NCBI RefSeq assembly: GCF_964355755.1
Contig: NC_092671.1
Span: forward strand, 3,410,001 to 3,474,000
Length of the DNA stretch: 64,000 nt
Direction of reading: 5' to 3'
Source: Antedon mediterranea
Taxonomy: Eukaryota > Animalia > Echinodermata
The position numbers were made by a program, and so were the translations under genes. Every line of letters starts with the position of its first letter. Position 1 is the first letter of the stretch. Of the stretch, positions 51,701 to 64,000 are shown piece by piece. The notes below the pieces were generated by a model. It was not told the origin of the DNA and did not search any database. It was given only the letters and a program-made list of their open reading frames with translations.

Positions 51701-54700
51701 CTTTTAAGTTATTTTGAAAAACTGACTTAAGGCAAAATCATTGGCTTTTGATAAATCTGTCCTGTTCATAATAATTACTATATTTGCACACACCTGGCTG
51801 ATAATAGCCAGAGCAAGATTTTAGGTGCTGTTTTTATTTGTATAATTTTTTATTTGCAGATATAAACAAGTTCAGTGACTCTCTGTTGTTTGCGCAAAGG
51901 AACGAGGGCATAAAAGATGTGGAAAGAAGTCGTATTTTACAGGTTTGTGTCGTGACAATTTGTATAGAGTTTATGATATTTTATTTCTTTTTTGGACAAT
52001 AAAACATCTAGAAAGAAACATAATTTGAGCAAGTACATGAAACGGGAAGAATATTCCTAAAAATGAAACATTTTTTTTTTTACAATGTATGTATATCTGG
52101 ATAAGTAACATTTTGGGATCTTATCTTCTATTGCACATATTACAGAAACTACATTTTGTTACTGTTCAACATATAATTTTAATTTGTTTCAATTTAGAAG
52201 TTTATGAGACAGTCACTGCAAAAAAACAGTGTGTTTGATTTCCAATAAATAAATTTCTTTAACAGGTTTAGTAAACCAAATGTATAATAACAAATAGCAA
52301 GTTTCCATTATCTTGACGTTTAAACAAATAACTAAAGCAATTAATATCGGTCTTGTTTTTGCGATGACAGGTTGGGATAATATTACGCAATCTATCGTTT
52401 GAGAAGCACAACCAACATGTAATGGCACGTCATCGGACACTTTATCGTTTCTTATTACTGTGTTCACATAATGATTGTTCTACGTTGAAACACATTGGAA
52501 TGGACACATTAAGTAACATAGCAGAATTAGTAAGTAGTTTATTTAACATTTCAAATTCAGTCAAACCTTTGGGACATTCTATTAAGGGGACACTGTCCCA
52601 TGAAACCGTTTATTAAGATACCCCTATCATTTCAGGGGACACACCTATTAAAGGGACACTGTCCCATGAAACAGTTTATTAAGATACCCCTATCATTTCA
52701 GGGGACACACCTATTAAAGGGACACTTTCACGTAAAACGAACAAAGGGCATTATATGTTTTAACACCAAGGGGCAATATTAACGCTAAAGTCAATCCCTA
52801 TTCGGGAGATACCCCTGTTAAGGGAACACTTTGTTGGGTCCTGAAGGTGTACCCATAATAGGGGTTTTACTGTATATTTTTTTAACACGGCCAACCTCTA
52901 TTTAGGTGACATCCTTATTAAGACATTTTGGTGGGTCGATAAAATGTCCTCTTAATAGAGGTTACTGTATTAATATTCTTTGTTGTATCTATTCTTTGTT
53001 TGTTTTAAAATGGTACAGTACTTTTAATTGAATTTTCGGAAATTTGATTGTGAGGGATTTATAATTGTTTTTTTTTTCTTTTGTTAGTTCAAACAAAAGA
53101 CTACAATTTTCAATGAGAAATTCCTTTTGTAATAAGATTACTAAACATGTGCTTATACACGTCAAACCAAAGAAAAGACATTTATTAACCATACAGTTTA
53201 CTCACTCAGAGCAACTTATTTTTTGAATGGTTATTAGCAATTTCTTACAGAAAAGTTCAACAAAAATGAATTCTTGTCCAAATCACTAAATATTTGTTTC
53301 CTTTTAATTTTTGCATACTTTCCTGTTTTTGTAATTACTATTTTTGAAAATGTTTACAGTATTTAATCTTAAGTAAACAGCAAATGTTTATATGTATAAT
53401 TTTTTTTTTCTGTCCTAATTTTCAGTTTAAATTCAGGATTCAAATTAAAATCTAAAACGAGACAGATGGTGACAATAAAAATATTATGTTTTTATTTTTT
53501 CAGATGTTTTATTATTTGTTTTACTTTTTGACTTTTTTACATTCCTTGTGAACTATTTGATATAAAAATATGATTATTTTTTATTTTGCAGTTTAACTTG
53601 GATCCTATTGACTATCGTAGTTCACAACTCATGTTTCACACAATTTATAAAGGACTTTATGATAAGGATAAATACGTTATGTTAAGAGGTAAGCCACTTT
53701 ATATATACATAGGTTAGCATTATGTCAGGCTGATTGTAGGATACATATGTATCCTTTCCTCTTTTCACATCCTTTCTCTTCGTATCCCCATCCCACAATT
53801 CACCCAACAAATGAACTGAACTATAAATATAAATTAACTATCGTCGCCCACAATGGACCCACTGCACATAAATTTAACTAATTGTCTCCCACCATGCATC
53901 CCTCTACACATAAATTAAACTATATCTCCCACAATGCATCCCTCTACACATAAATTGAATTGTCATCTTCCACAAGGCACACTAATACATGAACTATTGA
54001 CTCCCACAATGCACTCCCAATATATTAATTGAACTTGTCAAAACTTTGTCAAAGGGAAATGATATTAGATAATGTGTGACAGCTCTACCACGTACAACAC
54101 CATAATCTTAAACAACCGAAAGGGGATGCCAAGTTTTTAACTTATAAAAAGAAAAACAGATCGTGCCGATAACGTTATAAGAATCATCAAGCTTAATTGC
54201 GGTGACTCGCAGTTGATAGGTTGATAGATAACTTCCATAATTAAAGTTGATCATGTGACTTACTCGGTATATTTACGAAATGAGAAGGAAATTAACTGTC
54301 AAGACGAGAATACATTTAAACTTATGACTGTTGTTGCAGTATAAACATTTTAAACATTGGATGAATTGAAAAAAAAAATCTGAATTTTATCTAATAAACA
54401 TGTTAATATTAAATAATCTATTTCATAATAACACACAATTTTTACACTTTCATACGTATCCCTAAGCAAGAAACTCGCTGATTACAGGTTAACTACTGTA
54501 AACTATGATATCATGTTCCTGCTTATCAACTAAGTCTAATTTGAGGCTTATGTGTGGAGTAGAAGAGTCCATAGCGGAGGTTTTTAGGATGTGGGCTAGA
54601 AAGAGTCATGAGCTACAAACCTGCACTAGGTTAGGATTGAACCCTAGACCTTCGCATTTGAAGGCTATATAACGCTAACCACCTAGCTGCAACTTCACTA

Positions 54701-57700
54701 TATATCTTCAGTCTTCATCTACTTGTGAATTATACCTTTGTCCCTGGGTTTGTAGCACATGTCTACAACCTTTATTTTCTATAGCGAAAGTTTTTTATTA
54801 ATGCTGTAAAATAAAAGGAAACTATAAACAAACTGTTTGAATTTTGTAGGAAATGGTTAATAGATATAATTTTCCTTTCAAAGATTTATTCATAAAAGAA
54901 CAAGAATTCAGCTTTACAAATAATTAAAATACAATTTATAAAACATGTAGAATTATAAGTGCTTTCCCAGAAGACAAAATCATTTTACAATTTCAATAAA
55001 GACTTACAGTACATTTGTTGTATTATTAAATCTGAAAAATGACAACTAAGTAGTTGATATCATAAATTACTTTAGGGGAAGAGATGATCTACAATATTCA
55101 TTACTTTTTAAAATAATAGTATTATATTTCTGCAAGTTGCTTTTAAATATGAGAAGGGTTTTTGTATCATCAATTCGAAAATATGATTCATAACTCTTCA
55201 GAGGTTATATAAATTATGATATAATTGTGAAATTTATTTCTAATAGCTATTTTATTTTCATATCATTTAAATAAATGTTATTCTTATGTAAAGAGGCATA
55301 TGAGGTAAATTTGCAAAATTTATTTCTGAAATTAATAAATAAATACTTAGATCATTATTGTAAGAGGTAATCTAAATTATAAAATATTTGGATATACTTA
55401 CTTTTATTTACTTATAATATATTTATTTGTACATCATTACCTACAAAAATAAGCGGAATACATTTTAAATAAAATTTGCATAATTAAATAGTGTGCAAAT
55501 TTGATAATAAAATTATACCACAATTGGGATGTTTTTTTAATTTTTGAAGGGGTTCTTTTGGTTTACAATGTAATTATTTTGAAATATTATAATACAATTA
55601 TGCTTGATGTAAAAGAATAAATAAATAAATAACTGAAACTTTATTTTTGCATTTGTTTCAGCTATGGATATCGTAGAGAAGTTATGCAAAACTGTGGGAA
55701 ATTCCGAAATTCTCATTGAATGTCTTGAACAAAGACTTTATGACAGAGTGGTTGCGGTGCTCACAATTCACGATATTCAACTTCTTTTGGGTGCGCTTGA
55801 GTTACTACTTATATTGTCTGAGAAAGGAGAAGTCACTTGCACTCATATTGTAGAAAGTGATCGAAGTATTGGTAAGTAGTTTTGGTTTTAAATTTATTGA
55901 TCTAGTATGATTAATAAGGCGCATGTGATCATTCTTAAAGATGTATTGTTCGCCAAATGCAAGAAAAATTAACATTAATAAAATTAGACTTTGAATATGC
56001 CATTTTGTAGTTTAAGTCAATCATTCTGCAGAAAAAAACCCCAATAATTAATGTCTTCACTTATAAAATGTATAAAATCAAAGAATAAAAAAGATAACTG
56101 GTTAAATTCAACCAAAAACCTTTTGGTTTAAATTACAGTTTTTTTCAGGTAAGTAATTTATTTCGTGATCCATTTTTTGGTAAAAGTGAATAACTATTAT
56201 GGGACATAAAAATGGCATTCAACAAAAAAATGTTTTTTTGGCAGACAATATATCTTTAAGTATTGGTAGTACATCTTACATCTCAAATTTTTTTAAAGGT
56301 ATTCAAAAAATGTAATTAGTATTTTTATGCTATTTTTTTATAGATGTTTTAGTGTGTTTAGTAACTTTGGATGCACAGTCTCTTGGTCAAGATGCTTTCA
56401 TAGGTATCAAGATCGTTGACCATGCACCTGATGGCATCCATCATCCCATCGTTACAATCAACCAACAAGGTTCCATGGCTCAGGTGCGGGCACCGATGCC
56501 AACTGCCCCAATGAACCCCCAGCTACAACAGCAGGTTATGCCACAGACGGGGGTAAACCGAGTCCAGACAACGCCTGTCCAGAGACCTCTACCGATGGTA
56601 CATCTGGCTCGTGAGTACAAATTTTGTTATGTCAATTGAAGATTTGAAATAATAGAACATAGATTTGGCCAGATAATTGTTTATAGACTAAAATAAAGAA
56701 ACAATATAATTGCCATTTATTGATATTAAAACTTCTTATTACCTTACTGCTTTTTAAGGGCTTTAAAAGCTTTGGTTATTTTAAGTTCCCTTTTTCATAA
56801 CTTTTTGGTGACATATTTGCACATTTCCTTAGTTTTATAGAATATATTGATTGATTGTATACTTATGTATAATTCTTCATCTATAATGGATAATTAGTTG
56901 GTGATTACTCACAATGTTATATTATCACAAGCTACCATATTATTGATAATTTCATTTAAAAAAAATATCAATATCATCTCTCTTATTGTTTATTTTCGGA
57001 ACCAGGCTCCAGTCCGTTACAACGACCGTCATCCCAGAACACTATATCGGCAGTTTCAGGTACCCCGTTGCGACCTACTCCACCAAATCCTGACCCAGAC
57101 AACGAATCGTTTGCTTGCCAATGGTAACTAATTTTGTATTTGTTTTTTCTCATTATCTGTTTGTTCATTAGATGGTTAGATGAACATTGGATAAAATAAA
57201 AAGAACTGGGTTGATTGATACTGCCTCAGTTTTTAACTTAAGGATGTCTATTGACTTAAAGAAACTACTCCTATGATCTAAGTTAAGGTCACAATCTGCA
57301 TTTTAAGTAAAAATAAATACTATATAGATCTATTGCGATAATTTGTTCCGTCTTTTAAACGGTTTAAAATGTGAAAGTGGCACACTTTAATGTTTTTAGT
57401 TAACATTATGCATTATTTTTACAAAATGTCAACAATTGCAGGATAGTGTCTTACTAAAAATATTTATAAATTCCAGCTTTCTGTTTTGGAAGAATTCAAC
57501 TTTTTACCAGTAACATTTTTGCAAATTATTTTTTAAAGGTTAAATGCTACATATGAAGCTAACGTGAATGGGAAGGTTGCTAGGACGGACCTTTACGCAA
57601 GCTATCTATCTTCGTGTAGTAAAGCATCGCAAAAGGCTATACTATCTTCAACACATTTTGGAAGATGCTTAAAGTAAGTCGCCATTCACATTTTTATTTT

Positions 57701-60700
57701 TTTGGTTTTTTATTACATAACATCATAATCAATCATCTTTTAATGATAAAATATTTTATTTAAAAAAAACCAATTATAATATAAATGTTTCCATTTTTTA
57801 TAATTAATAGATAAAATATTATAATACGAACATTGAATAACTGTTTTAATCTCATTTTCATTTTTTATTGATAAATTATTTTTTCTAATAGATAATAACA
57901 GACTTAATATAAATAATATTTCCATTTTTCATAATAAATAAATAAAATACTATTGTTGTTATAGAGCTGTATTTCCTGGCGTACACTACCAGCGTACAGA
58001 GACACACGACGGACCGCAGTACCACATATTAGGAGTTAACAAACGAGCAATACAACTACCGCTAACGCCTTCCCTGCCACAAGCGTTCCAAGGTAAATTT
58101 ACAGCTTAGAATATGTTACAAAATGAAGGTCAGATACAAGATACTGTGCTGACCTTTATGGAATTGAAAAAGGCTCTACAATTGAGATTATAATAAACCA
58201 TTATTTGTCCTCTCTGTTAATAGATAGACTGTTCTTTTTCCATAGGAGCAGCACAAAGGTCAAATTTTGTGCCCCAGGTTCCACACGGGTCACCGCCACC
58301 AAGATATCCAGTATCACCTCAGGTGCAACGCACGCCTCAACAAGTACAGTACTATACATCGCCTCAAGTGACCCCTGGCACGCCCCAGCCTAGGATACGG
58401 CAACTAATTACAACCAATATGGTATACACCCCTGGTCAACAGTCACCGCTGCAGATGGGCCAACAAAGACAGGTGGTTGTACAGCAAGGTAATGGTCAAT
58501 CACAAACCATGGTAATACGTCAACAACAACATGGAATGAACCATCAAGGTGTCATGGTACAGCAACCTGGTGTATCAGTAAACCAAGGTGGCATGATACA
58601 GCAGCCTAGAATGGTACAAAGTCAAGGTGCTTTTGTGCAACAATCTGGTGCAGCACCAAACCAAAATATTATGGTACAGCAAACTAGTGTAGCACAACAC
58701 CAAGGTGTCATTGTACAACAGTCGGGGGTACCAACAAATCAGAGTACTATGGTACAACAGTCTGGGGTAGTACCAAACCAAACTGTGATGGTACAGCAGC
58801 CTAGTGTGGCAGTGAACCATGCACAACCTACTATAATGATACATCTTGGTTCACAGCAAACGGCACCACAACAAGCAAACCAACCTGGTAACACTCAGCA
58901 ACCAGGTGTACCAACAACCAGTACTGGAGCACCACAAACATGTCTAAATCAAGTGGTTTTGTCTAGACCACAACAATCGATTCAAACACAAATGGCGTTA
59001 TCTTCACCAAGTGTACCCCCTCAGGAATCGCCTAGCCAACCAAATCCACCAAGTCTACCAAAACCACCAAATCAACCAGGTACCACACCAACAACTCCAA
59101 CCACTAACAACCCTGCACCTGAATCAAAGTTAACACCACAGAAACCAGTTGGAGGAAGCCCAAAGAAACCAGGAACGATATCAGGAGTTGGTACACCTCA
59201 CAAGGCACAAGCTCCAGAACATCCCCCACTTGAAAATGGAGAGGTCCAGATTGAAAGAGTACCAAATATCCATGTTCAACACATACCATCCGGTGGAAAT
59301 ATCCAGCTTGGTAATGCGCCAGAAAAGATAGTGATGCAAGACTCTGGAGTGGTTACTGTAAACTCTCAACAGATGTCTGGCGTATCCTCTGCATTACACC
59401 AAGCATTGGTTGGCAATCAACCTGGTGAACAGGTGGGACAGCAGCAATCAAACATACAACATCCCCCAGTACAGCAGAACTCTACTCAAGCTCAAAACGC
59501 AGTACAACAGGTAAAAACTGTACCAGTACAATCCAACATTCAGGGTCAACAGTTCGTACAAAATATCCAGCAACAGTTTGTTGGACAAATATCTCACCAT
59601 CAGGCAATCCTTCCAAAAACGACATTTGTTCAAACGAGTCAGTCTTTAAATCAAAGTACAATAGTAGCAAGACCGATGGTGTCACCACAAGGCAGTCAGC
59701 CTGTCCAAATACAAAATCAACTCATCTACCAAAGACCTATAGCCCCCTCTCAATCATCTCGATATCAAGCCATTGCACCAAAGAGACCAAATTCATCGAC
59801 GAGTCCAAAACCAGCTGATTCGCCATTAATTAAGAAGTTATTGAAGGCAGGTTCAGGTTTGAAAGCATACGTATCGAACCCGAACCTTCTGAATCAGCAA
59901 CAAGTGCAGCAACTTCAAGGCCAGAATCAAATGGTTCTCCAGCAGATTCCAGGGCAGCAACCAATCTTGGTTAACCAGCAAGTGATACTTCCAAACCAGC
60001 AGTTCATCCAGCAGCAACAACCGATGATGCAGAACCAGTCAGTGGTTCAAAACCAACAACCGATGATAGTAAACCAAGTAAACCAGCAACCAGTAATGCA
60101 TAACCAGCAGCAACCGATGATTCAGAACCAACAACAATCGATGCTTCAAAATCAACAACTGGTTATGCAAAACCAGCAACAGAACCAGTTACAACCAGTT
60201 TCCACATCAGCTGGTGCGGTAATACTTAACAAACAACCACCCACTATTATGCTCTCTCAGCAACCACAGATTGTGCTCACTAGACCACCCCCTTCTTCTC
60301 CACATGCAGTACAGATTCAAATGCATCCAAAACCAATCCAGCCTAAACCAGACAAACAGTCCCCGATTCTAGAGGATCAAGAAAAGAAAATTGAACTTAT
60401 TAAAAATGAGGGTTATAGGACAGGTGAATCAATTGTCGAAAAAATGGAGGTTGATTCTCCAAGGAATGTAAATGGTGATGTCAAAATGAACAGGCAAGAA
60501 AGTGAGGAGTTAGATTCTGATAACGATGATGATCTAATTAACGGGAATGATAACAGAAGCGTGTCGACTAACGACAGCGGGATTAACGGTAACGATGATG
60601 AAAAAATCGATCATTTGATACAAAATGGACCAACAAAATTATCAGACGATATTTTACCTGCATCCGAAAAAATAGAAAAAATATTAAAGAAAGGTGCAAA

Positions 60701-62511
60701 GGGACTTGCTATAAACGCATTATCAAAAGAAAATTTATTAAACGGTTATCGGCCGGATGTGGGTGTTGAACTCACCGTACAAAGAGTGGAAAAACCAAAG
60801 ACGAACGGCAACCCTCCAAAATCTCTGGATGATTTAGCTCTTGCGGCAGCGGAGTGTCAGTCTGTTGAAAATAACAAGTCTAAACCAAAGGAAAAAATAC
60901 TGTTGAATGGTATTCCGAATGGAGGCGTGGCCTCTCCACACAGTGAAAGCAGTATGGATATTGATATATCTTCAAATACGAATACTAACGTTTTAAATGA
61001 AAATAATGAAAGAACTTTATCTAAATCTATCAACGATTGTAATAGCATTCCAATAACTGCCTGTGAAAGTCCGTCAGACACTGCGCGCAATACTGAAACA
61101 AACTCTGAACAAAAGGAGGTAAAAAATGTACCTATTTCAAGCTCCTCATCACCTTTACAAGCCGAGAATTCATCAAATGATAGTCAACCACAAACTCAGG
61201 GATCAAACCATCAACCGGTTGCTCTCAAGAAATCAAAGTTGCTGTTGGCGGATAACGGTCAGATTGATGGCAAGGGTTTAAAACGTCTTTTGGAAGCATC
61301 ACACATTCCGGCTAACACCATTCCATGCAAGGTTGGCATTTCCAGCGCTGCAGAGAGGAGAAGGAGGCGGTCGTCGTCCTCTTCAACGAGTAGTAAAAAG
61401 TCATCAAGTCGAAAGTCCTCGATGCCAGGAGTTGGACTTTATCTGTGTGAATGGAAAGGTTGTAAAAAGTGAGTTTTAAATTTATTATCTTCTTAAATGT
61501 TCTTATATTATAGCACTGTATCTAATGTATGTCTGGGCAATATAGCCAGTCTCACTTTTAATAGTTAAACATAATTTATCCGTTTGTTTTTTTAAAGATC
61601 TTACAACAAAGCAAAATCTTTATGGGTACATGCTAGCAAGGAACATGTGACTTCAGATGTGTATAGAGGTATTTGCGAGTGGAATGGCTGTGACCGCGTC
61701 AAACGTCAAGTATGGTCTTGTGTCAGCCATCTACAGGATAAACATTGTACAGAGGTAGCGTTGGCCGCCGCGTCTGCCAAGCGCACAGAGCAGATGTTAC
61801 GGCAACAGTCCACGCCGCCAAGTCATGCATCGTCACCATCACCTCAACCTCAATCTGTGCCACAGGCACCTGTCATCTACAATGCGCATAACGCGTATCA
61901 TGCAATACGAAGGAGTCTTCACGTTCCAGCTTTAAAAGATTTACTGGTAAGTCACAAATGTTTCATAAAATTTTAGCGTAGAAAATAATCTTTTTGTGAT
62001 CCATTTAAGAACCAATGTAGGTCAATAGGACACTACATGTAACCCGTATTTCAAGGGATATCCATATTAAGGCAACACCTTTTTTGGTCTGGAGAAGGTG
62101 TCCCCTTAGTAGACGTTCTTCTGTGTATGCTTCTATTCAGTGTTCAGTTTGTGTGTGTTCAATTCAGTTAAGTGTTTTAAGGGAAAAAGAGTTTACATCT
62201 ACTGAAAATTGTATTTTGCCCAATTTGGATTTCTGGATCAACAAGGCCATATACATGACTGCAGTCGCTTGCTCAAGTTAGTGTTTACCGACCAACCGAC
62301 CGACATAGTGAGTTGTTACACGCGACGAAAAATACATGGAAGCATACAATTTCTTTTCAAGATGCAGTATAACATATTTTAGTAGTATTTTTGAAAATGT
62401 ATAATTTATTTTTATGCAGGGTGAAAGTGAAGGACCTGTTACCAAAAGTATTCGTATCACAGCAGCATTGATTCTAAAAAATATAGCTAAGTATTCACCA
62501 GAGGGAAGAAG
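27736..62511 (+). CDS. ARID2: AT-rich interactive domain protein 2 (BAF200/BAP170, PBAF subunit); 17 exons seen, 3' end not found in window
   Basis: Exons 27736-27827, 27945-28038, 33147-33244, 49038-49168, 50402-50620, 51052-51189, 51860-51942, 52371-52529, 53592-53688, 55662-55871, 56344-56610, 57006-57123, 57539-57673, 57965-58092, 58246-61468, 61598-61946, 62420-62511 in consistent phase. ARID (GGKELDL..LY..V..LGGF), [29 protein letters not shown]-like FACQWLNATYE, Q-rich region, two C2H2 fingers, [19 protein letters not shown]. Confidence 0.96.
28707..29201. mobile_element. Non-autonomous Harbinger/ISL2EU-like element with about 48-bp TIRs
   Basis: AGGGAGGTTTCGCAACCTTACGAATACGATAACGAAAACGGATACGTCA and its near-perfect inverse; 3-bp AGT duplication at 28704-28706 and 29202-29204. 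Confidence 0.85.
29320..29382. repeat. Perfect 30-bp inverted repeat with 3-nt loop
   Basis: CTGCCGCCTGTGCCTCCTGTGTTATAGTAT-ACC-ATACTATAACACAGGAGGCACAGGCGGCAG. Confidence 0.95.
30440..30733. repeat. 28-bp minisatellite, about 10 units
   Basis: Tandem TCCTGGAGCATACTGTACAGTTAGCCCA with variant terminal units; followed by a truncated family A MITE at about 30740-30835. Confidence 0.9.
36115..38114. mobile_element. 2.0-kb TA-flanked non-coding TIR element, unclassified
   Basis: TA-GGTATCCCAATGAAA ... TTTCATTGGGATACC-TA; no long ORF inside. Confidence 0.6.
38256..39549. mobile_element. Non-autonomous Tc1/mariner (pogo/Tigger-like) element, about 1.3 kb
   Basis: TA-CAGT..TCCCAATACCGGAC at left, GTCCGGTATTGGGAGAGTTGACTG-TA at right, repeated TCCGGTTTT subterminal motifs. 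Confidence 0.8.
40465..40812 (-). mobile_element. Second Helentron-associated (HINE-like) element
   Basis: Terminal hairpin ACTCGGGCACTCCGAGT (40794-40810), inverse-related ACTCGGGGTAC near 40485, GAA microsatellite, A-rich flanks. Confidence 0.5.
42240..43382. mobile_element. Non-autonomous Kolobok-like element, about 1.14 kb
   Basis: TTAA-AATGGACCTGAAATGGA ... TCCATTTCAGGTCCATT-TTAT (imperfect TTAA duplication). Confidence 0.75.
43817..44834. mobile_element. Family D element, copy 2
   Basis: Same TIRs and about 330-bp arms as 24256-25102, TA duplication, extra 60-bp tandem duplication near 43912-44040. Confidence 0.88.
45777..46052. mobile_element. Two adjacent family A MITEs
   Basis: Left ends at 45777 and about 45882, right end GATAGTGTAGACCGAGCT-TTA. 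Confidence 0.75.
46476..48139. mobile_element. 1.66-kb pogo/Tc1-mariner-like element nested in a family C MITE
   Basis: TIR CCGTATTTTCCGGAGTATAGGTCGA / TCGACCTATACTCCGAAAAATACGG, TA duplication, GGGGTCGACTTATAC subterminal repeats; family C halves at about 46391-46475 and 48140-48218. Confidence 0.85.
52558..52872. mobile_element. Family C MITE with internal 63-bp tandem duplication
   Basis: CAGTCAAACC...GGTTTTACTG termini; duplicated GGGACACTGTCCCATGAAAC...GGGGACACACCTATTAAA. Confidence 0.7.
53785..54035. repeat. Degenerate tandem repeat, unit about 39-40 bp, 5-6 copies
   Basis: Recurrent CCCACAATGCATCCCTCTACACATAAATT..ACTAT. Confidence 0.7.
54528..54699 (-). mobile_element. tRNA-derived SINE, same family as 14839-14969
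   Basis: Shared CTAAGTCT.ATTTGAGGCTTA, GAGTCATGAG.TACAA, CACTAGGTTAGGATTGAACC blocks. Confidence 0.7.
55939..56255. mobile_element. Kolobok-like MITE, 317 bp
   Basis: TTAA-AGATGTATTGTTCGCCAAA ... TTTGGCAGACAATATATCT-TTAA. Confidence 0.7.
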
Positions 62512-64000
62512 GTATGTACACTTTCATAATTTTTTTTTCTTCATAAAGCTCGGTTTCCACTATCGATGCAACGTTACACAACCTATGTAACGTAAGAAAA
62601 TCCCCTTCTAAAATTGTGTTTGTCCATGTCTGTGTGAAATCAGACCTGTTTGCAGCACTGTTTTTTTTTTTACCATATTTATTGACGGTGATCCATCCAG
62701 CAATTGCAGATCATTAAGGACCCTCAGAGGTTTAAAAGACAAACATATACACAAGATGCTCTACATAAACAAAGTCTTATTACAAGTCTTTGGGAGTGGA
62801 GTTATAATTTGTCCTTAGAAAAAATCCTGACCCCTGTAGTGGTAGCCAAGCATCGTAACCACCAAGTCACAACTCCACTCCTGTTGCGTCGTTGGTTCCA
62901 ACTTGTGATTACACAATACGCCACTTTTTGTGTTGCTGTGTTCTAGCTTGGTTCCCACTTGCATGGAATGCAGAAATGTAGACAAAACGTAAGTTAGATA
63001 ACCAGTTACAAGCGAAGGTTTGGATGATACATCCCATCGTGGGATTTCTTTAGTATTAAAATTCTGTAATTTAAAATGTTTGTAAACCAATTTTTTTCCC
63101 ATTTGGTTTACATTGAAAATGTACAGTACAGTATTATGTTTTCATGTCTTATTTAAATCAATGAATCTGTTGTTAACCACAAAATGGCTTATTATAATGA
63201 TTATAATAGGGAGGAAATGTATAATTGAAGAAATGTATAGCTAGTACTACTGTACATGCTTAATGTTCACATTATGTTGCTATGTACTACGTTGTATTGT
63301 GTCAACATTACATCATATGCTGTTAAGCTTAGGAAACAATTAAAGTGATCATACTATAAGACAATAATCATGATATAAATTAATACTGATCCTCGTTACA
63401 AGTATAAATAGTTTAGTCATGATTATCTGTGTCATACTCCTGATACTCATAGTGTGAGTCTGAGTCAACGATGCAACCTGTCGTTAAAAAGCTACATAAC
63501 GATGTTGCTCTTCTTTTATAACCACCATTTGTGACTTTTAAAATGTTTCATTCAAAATGTAATTAAAGTTTTGCTTCCTGACCATGTACGGTAAATAAGG
63601 TTATTATTCTAGGTAATCATTCAGTCATTTATCTTATAAGTAATGAAAATGATTCAGAAAATCAGTAAAAAAACATAGGTTAATAGAATTTAACAGAAAG
63701 TACAGAGAAAAACATTGTAGATTAGACTAATAAGCCTGTTCAAAATTAATGCAAAAACTATGTGGATAAATTTGGCATTCGATTGAGACTTTAAAGTTCA
63801 CTATTCTTTTGCCTTCCTTAACGAACAAACATGCGCTATCTAAATTGCAATGAAAAAAAGTAGTTTAGATTTCAGTTGCGCAAGTTTTCGAATCGGATAA
63901 ATTTTTTATTTGACCAAAGAGTTTCATAATGTAATGTAATTGTAGCTCACATTAAACCATTGTAAAACAAACCTTAAGAGCCTAAGTGCGAACGCTGGTC

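Noticed and set aside
48790-53192. Similar peptides [10 protein letters not shown] in ORFs 48790-49206 (+) and 52989-53192 (-) as paralogous proteins
   Set aside because: They are translations of the non-coding inverted repeat pair.
58269-61472. 1067-aa ORF as a stand-alone gene
   Set aside because: It is ARID2 exon 15 (58246-61468) with in-phase splice sites at both ends; overlapping short ORFs are shadows.
62512-64000. Terminal ARID2 exon
   Set aside because: No acceptor followed by the expected C-terminal helix sequence was found; presumably downstream of the window.

Overview
AT-rich, intron-rich animal genomic DNA (invertebrate; the taxon cannot be fixed from sequence alone). Six spliced protein-coding genes can be assembled by hand with GT-AG introns and consistent phases: a rapsyn homologue (+, 1701-8993), a two-intron divergent histone H2A ending in an H2A.X-like SQAV motif (-, 9967-9190), a one-intron histone H4 (+, 10332-10778), a centrin/calmodulin-like EF-hand protein (-, 12878-11287), a lysosomal/gastric-type acid lipase (-, 26610-18341) and ARID2/BAF200 (+, 27736 to beyond 62511, last exon not found in the window). 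Introns are filled with non-autonomous DNA transposons (Harbinger-, pogo/Tc1-, Kolobok-, Mutator/hAT- and Helentron-like), tRNA-derived SINEs and minisatellites; no intact transposase was seen. The most unusual element is the solitary head-to-head H2A.X-like/H4 pair: both genes are spliced, lack the histone stem-loop, share a 364-bp intergenic region and carry a similar Pumilio-element/CPE/AATAAA layout in their 3' UTRs, suggesting a co-regulated replacement (possibly maternal) histone module. All coordinates were read by eye; transposon superfamily labels rest on termini and target-site duplications only.
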